From contig CBDAOB010000005.1 in assembly GCA_965197905.1 (NCBI GenBank), forward strand, positions 1,888,001 to 1,952,000: a stretch of 64,000 nt of DNA, in the 5' to 3' direction. Shown here piece by piece: positions 59,945 to 64,000 of the stretch. Position numbers and translations under genes: made by a program. This stretch comes from Candidatus Latescibacterota bacterium. GTDB lineage: Bacteria > Latescibacterota > UBA2968 > UBA8231. Under the pieces are notes generated by a model. That model made no database searches and had not been told where the DNA came from. It saw only the letters and a program-made list of their open reading frames with translations. Each line of letters opens with the position of its first letter. Position 1 is the first letter of the stretch.

Positions 59945-59986
59945 AACCTCCAGATCTCGATTCCGCCACCGATCTGGAGGTTTTTT
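59945..59986 (+). terminator. Rho-independent terminator
   Basis: AACCTCCAGATC...GATCTGGAGGTT stem followed by a T-tract. Confidence 0.85.
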
Positions 59987-60179
59987 CTTTCTGCTTTGAG
60001 GTGATGATCAACTACTGCCAATACCCAACGCGACTTGCTCCTCCCAATCTGGAGTGTACGTTACTCTTGGTTCAATCGCCGATCATTCAGAGCGATCGTT
60101 TGCGCACGTGTGCCATACGACTCGGCAAGGTCACCAGCAAATTCCGACACTCTGCACTTATTCCTGGGAACGAGCGAAA

Positions 60180-61079
60180 ATGTGTGGCATAGCGGGAATC
60201 TTCTATAAACAAGACAGATCTCGGGACGTTGGCGGAGCATTAATCGAGATGCTCTACGGATGCCAGCATCGCGGGCAAGATTCCACCGGATTCGCTCTTT
60301 ATGGTGAACCGAACCCCGACCAACTAGTGCTCCGTTTCCTTGTAGAAGGGGCGGAGGCGAACGGCGCGATCGATCGCATTCACCAGGTCCTCGAGAAATT
60401 TGGCGCCACCCTGGTGGAGGCAGATCGCATTGGCAGCAACTACCGCGCCCGGGTGATTTTCACCGGCGACATCCGGGAATTGGCCTACGCGTTGGAAGAG
60501 GCCGCAAAAGTAATCTCCGTCGGAAAATGCCTCGATATCGTCAAAGACGTAGGAGATGCACACGAGGTGGATCGGCAGTACCAAGTACGGGGGTCGTACG
60601 GATCCCATGGAATCGGCCACGTTCGCCTCGCGACTGAGTCGGACGTCAAACCCGAAGCAGCCCATCCCTTCTGGGCAACCGGCTTCGCCGATATCGCCAT
60701 CGTGCACAACGGTCAGATAACCAACTATTGGAAGATGCGCCGGGCCCTGGAAAGCAAGGGGTACGAATTCCGCACCGAGAACGACAGCGAGCTGATTGCC
60801 GTTTTCCTGGCGGAGCGATTAAATCGAGGCATCGACCTCCACGACGTTCTGGCACAGAGTATCGAGGAACTCGATGGCACCTTCTCGTTTCTGGTGTCGA
60901 CCGACACAGAGCTTGGTTACGCCAAGGACAACCTCGCGGCAAAACCGATGGTCATGTTGGAGACGGACAGTCTCGTCGCCATAGCTTCCGAAGAGGTCTC
61001 GTTGAATCGGCTCTTCCCCGGTGAAACCATAGATACCACCGAACCTCTACCGGGCACCTACTTCACATGGTCCAAATAG
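60180..61079 (+). CDS. Class II glutamine amidotransferase (GlxB/MgsA-like)
   Basis: MCGIAG N-terminal Cys, HRGQDSTG, GHVRLATES, AHPF, VHNGQITN, NDSE. Confidence 0.88.
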   Translation: MCGIAGIFYKQDRSRDVGGALIEMLYGCQHRGQDSTGFALYGEPNPDQLVLRFLVEGAEANGAIDRIHQVLEKFGATLVEADRIGSNYRARVIFTGDIRELAYALEEAAKVISVGKCLDIVKDVGDAHEVDRQYQVRGSYGSHGIGHVRLATESDVKPEAAHPFWATGFADIAIVHNGQITNYWKMRRALESKGYEFRTENDSELIAVFLAERLNRGIDLHDVLAQSIEELDGTFSFLVSTDTELGYAKDNLAAKPMVMLETDSLVAIASEEVSLNRLFPGETIDTTEPLPGTYFTWSK

Positions 61080-63043
61080 ATCTGGCTCGACTTTCCATCA
61101 CCGAGGCCAACCGCCAGATGAAAGCGATGGCCGCGGAGGGACAGGATATCGAGGTGCTGAATCCGGATGCTCGCCATCACATCGGGGTTGGGTTGGTCGC
61201 GCCCGTCACCGTGCGAGTGCGCGGATCTGCGGGCTATTTCTGCGCCGGGTTGGCCGATGGCGCACGCTTCGAGGTCGAAGGCAATGCAGGATGGGGCCTG
61301 GCGGACAACATGTACAACGGCACCGTGTCGGTCAGCGGGAATGCCAGCACCATAGCCGGAGTGGCGATTCGCGGCGCCGAAGTGGTCGTGAAGGGAAACC
61401 TGGGATCTCGAGCCGGGCAGGTCATGAAGGCGGGCACCCTCTGTTGCGCCGGAAACGCCAGCTTCATGGCTGGGTATATGATGTACGGGGGGCGCATCAT
61501 TGTCCTGGGTGACTCCGGCGAAAAGGTTGGTGAGGATATGATCGGCGGGGAGATTTTCGTTGGCGGCAAGCTGCAATCGCTGGGATCGGATGCCCGAGAG
61601 TTGGATGTTTCAGGCGCCGAGTCCTCCGCGGTTGCAGAATTCCTCGACAGACATCGCGTCTCCCATTCCGGCCGCTTCAGGAAGGTGGGCAACGCCGGCA
61701 CTAAACTGCGCTACAAAGGCGAGGAAGAGAGGATTCGGCCGATACCCTTTTTCAACTTTTCGGGTGATGCGCCGTACTGGAATCGCAAGGTTCAAGAAGA
61801 CATCTTCGTCAAATCCAAGATTGGCCGCTACCGAATCCGCGGGTACGGGGCGGCGCGGCGGCTTCCGCATTTTTCGGACATCGGCTTCAGGTCAGATCTC
61901 TCCGCAACCGTCGACAATGAGAACCTGCTGGAGAAAGTCAAGCTCGACCTGCGGATCGGCGACAAGAGCGGTGCAGACCCATTGGAGCTGAGCATGCCGG
62001 TCATGGTCGCGGCCATGAGCTACGGAGCCCTTAGCAAGTCGACCAAGATCGCCTTGTCGATCGCTTCTCGCCTCTCCGGGATATCGGAAAACACCGGTGA
62101 AGGCGGATTGACGGACGAGCAGCGACAAGAGGCCGACCAGGTGATCATGCAATGCCTCGGCGGCCGACTGGGGTGGAACATTCACGACATGCTGCGCGCC
62201 AACGCACTGGAAATATACATCTCCCAGGGAGCAAAACCGGGCTTCGGGGGCCAGCTGCTGGCGAAGAAGGTCACTCGCGAGCTTGCCGAGATTCGCGGCA
62301 TTCCAGAAGGGATCGATCTGAAATCTCCTTCTCGCCACCCGGACATCCTCGGCGCCGACGATCTGGTTATCAAGATACAGGAGTTGAGAGAAGCGACCGA
62401 CTACCGCCTTCCGGTCAGCCTGAAGCTCGGCGCCGGTCGCGTTCGGGACGATATCAAGATCGCACTTAAGTCGACGGCGGATTTCGTCGAGCTGGACGGG
62501 TCCCAAGGTTCGACGGGAGCTTCCAGCTCCGAGGTGCTGGAGTACGTCGGCATACCCACCCTGGCCGCTATTCAGGAAGCGATGGATGCGTTGGCGGAGA
62601 TCGGGCGGTCGGGCGAATTGCCCGTCGTTTTGATGGGTGGTATCAAAGATGGCGTCGACGTCGCCAAAGCCCTGGCGCTGGGTGCCTCCGCCACAGCCAT
62701 GGGAACGGCGCTGATAATCGCCGGCGGATGTATATCCTGCATGCAGTGTCATGCGGGAACCTGTGTCGTGGGGATCGCCACCCAGGACGCGATCCACGAG
62801 AGCAGGTACGACGTTCCGGCAGAGGCCAGAAACATCCACCACTTTCTCGAACATGTGCGCTGGCAACTGGCATCTATAGTTCATCGGCTCGGTTATGATG
62901 ACTTTCGTCAGCTTTCCAGGAGCGATCTCGTGGCCCTGACACCGGAAGCCGCGGCGATAACACGGTTGCCCTACGCACCGGAGTATCGCCGTCTGCCCAC
63001 CCCCTTCTCCCAGGTCAAGCCGCTGCTAGCCGAGAGGTTCTGA
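61067..63043 (+). CDS. GXGXG domain fused to an FMN-binding glutamate synthase domain (GlxC-GlxD / MgsB-MgsC-like)
   Basis: N-terminal GXGXG beta-helix repeats; MSYGALS, NTGEGG, SQGAKPG.GG, SPSRH.D, CISCMQCHAGTC Fe-S motif. Confidence 0.88.
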   Translation: MVQIDLARLSITEANRQMKAMAAEGQDIEVLNPDARHHIGVGLVAPVTVRVRGSAGYFCAGLADGARFEVEGNAGWGLADNMYNGTVSVSGNASTIAGVAIRGAEVVVKGNLGSRAGQVMKAGTLCCAGNASFMAGYMMYGGRIIVLGDSGEKVGEDMIGGEIFVGGKLQSLGSDARELDVSGAESSAVAEFLDRHRVSHSGRFRKVGNAGTKLRYKGEEERIRPIPFFNFSGDAPYWNRKVQEDIFVKSKIGRYRIRGYGAARRLPHFSDIGFRSDLSATVDNENLLEKVKLDLRIGDKSGADPLELSMPVMVAAMSYGALSKSTKIALSIASRLSGISENTGEGGLTDEQRQEADQVIMQCLGGRLGWNIHDMLRANALEIYISQGAKPGFGGQLLAKKVTRELAEIRGIPEGIDLKSPSRHPDILGADDLVIKIQELREATDYRLPVSLKLGAGRVRDDIKIALKSTADFVELDGSQGSTGASSSEVLEYVGIPTLAAIQEAMDALAEIGRSGELPVVLMGGIKDGVDVAKALALGASATAMGTALIIAGGCISCMQCHAGTCVVGIATQDAIHESRYDVPAEARNIHHFLEHVRWQLASIVHRLGYDDFRQLSRSDLVALTPEAAAITRLPYAPEYRRLPTPFSQVKPLLAERF

Positions 63044-64000
63044 TGACCAGCAGCTGCTCGCTCGACGAGACCGTTCCGCTGGAGCTCGTCGACGATACCA
63101 ACGACACCCACTTCGTGCCGGCTCCCTGCCAGGTTGCGTGCCCCATTGGCACCGACGCTCCCTCCTACATCGGCTACATCTGGGAGGGAAACCTGGAAGG
63201 AGCATTGGAAGCGATCAGTGCAACCAATCCGTTCAGCTCTATCTGCGGACGAGTGTGCGACGCCCCCTGCGAGCCGGCCTGCCGTCGGGCCGATAGCGAC
63301 GGCCCGATCGCCATCCGCAATCTGAAGCGGTATGTAATGGACCGTTTGGGACCCTCCTTCTCCCTGCCACTCGCCGCAGTTTCCAGAAAACAGTCGGTCG
63401 CCATCGTCGGCGGAGGCCCATCCGGACTAACTGCCGCCCAGGATTTGGCCGAAGCCGGCTACTCGGTCGACCTCTACGAGATGTCGGACCGCCTGGGGGG
63501 CATGATGGTATGGGGCATTCCAGCCTTCCGGCTGCCCCCTGCCGTAATTCAAGAGGATATCGATCGAATCCTGAACCATTGCCCCGGCATTGACGTTCAC
63601 CTCGAGCACCGCCTGGGCCACGAGGTAACGCTGGAGGCACTAAAGTCGACCCACGACGCAGTGATCCTTGCCATAGGCGCCTGGTGGGGCAAAAAGATGG
63701 GACTGCCGGGAGAAGACAGCGAACTGGTAGTGGACGGTGTGAGTTTTCTCCGTCGCGTCAACGGGGGCGAGCGGCCCGAGATGCCCCCCAGTGTGCTCGT
63801 AATCGGCGGCGGCGACGTGGCCATGGACGCCTGCCGCGTCGTCAAACGGCTTCCCGGCTGCCGCGAGGTAACGGTCGTCTACCGCCGCGGACCCCACGAG
63901 ATTCCGGCACGCCGGGACGAGCTTGAAGGCGCGATCAAAGAATCGGTTGCGTTCGTCTACAATACCCAACCGGTGGAATTCGTAACCTCCCGCGCTGGCG
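63043..64000 (+). CDS. GltD-like Fe-S flavoprotein oxidoreductase (runs off the window)
   Basis: Manual translation: APCQVACP...NPF..ICGRVCDAPCEPACRR, VGGGPSG, WGIPAFRLP, IGGGDVAMD, YRR. The ATG overlaps the upstream TGA. Confidence 0.9.
   Translation, partial: MTSSCSLDETVPLELVDDTNDTHFVPAPCQVACPIGTDAPSYIGYIWEGNLEGALEAISATNPFSSICGRVCDAPCEPACRRADSDGPIAIRNLKRYVMDRLGPSFSLPLAAVSRKQSVAIVGGGPSGLTAAQDLAEAGYSVDLYEMSDRLGGMMVWGIPAFRLPPAVIQEDIDRILNHCPGIDVHLEHRLGHEVTLEALKSTHDAVILAIGAWWGKKMGLPGEDSELVVDGVSFLRRVNGGERPEMPPSVLVIGGGDVAMDACRVVKRLPGCREVTVVYRRGPHEIPARRDELEGAIKESVAFVYNTQPVEFVTSRAG

Noticed and set aside
59861..64000. Genomic island integrated at tRNA-Ala
   Set aside because: No integrase, no tRNA 3' duplication and no evident composition shift within the window; cannot be excluded beyond it.

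Overview
A GC-rich bacterial chromosomal segment from a probable diderm with meso-DAP peptidoglycan (MurE has DNPR). The gene content and FtsZ tail look FCB/Latescibacterota-like, but that placement is low-confidence inference. Most genes lie on the minus strand. In order: partial fbp, class III aminotransferase, YeiH transporter, D-amino-acid dehydrogenase-like, pabB-pabC fusion, an unknown protein, DoxX/thioredoxin, glnE-glnB; an ExeA-like ATPase / HD-GYP / FGE-like / cNMP-REC block; a ~17 kb Wzx/Wzy-type surface-polysaccharide locus; kptA and purE; a reduced dcw cluster without mraY, murD, murG, murB or ddl; trmB; a MerR-iscA-iscS-moeB unit with cysK; an apparent operon of DNA MTase-TRD, yyaL, PqqD/RRE, nucleotidyltransferase and wza; ssb; tRNA-Ala(TGC); and a glxB / glxC-glxD fusion / gltD-like cluster. 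No CRISPR array, rRNA, integrase or transposase was seen. The most notable observations: (1) an RRE plus nucleotidyltransferase with no precursor peptide, translationally coupled to wza; (2) all visible reading-frame lesions (2 in-frame TGA, 4 frameshifts) fall in polysaccharide export or regulatory genes; (3) a Wzc kinase extended by a TM helix, a Pro-rich linker and SPOR-like domains; (4) a ParB-fold/methyltransferase fusion inside the glycan locus; (5) a Cys-rich MerR where IscR would normally sit.
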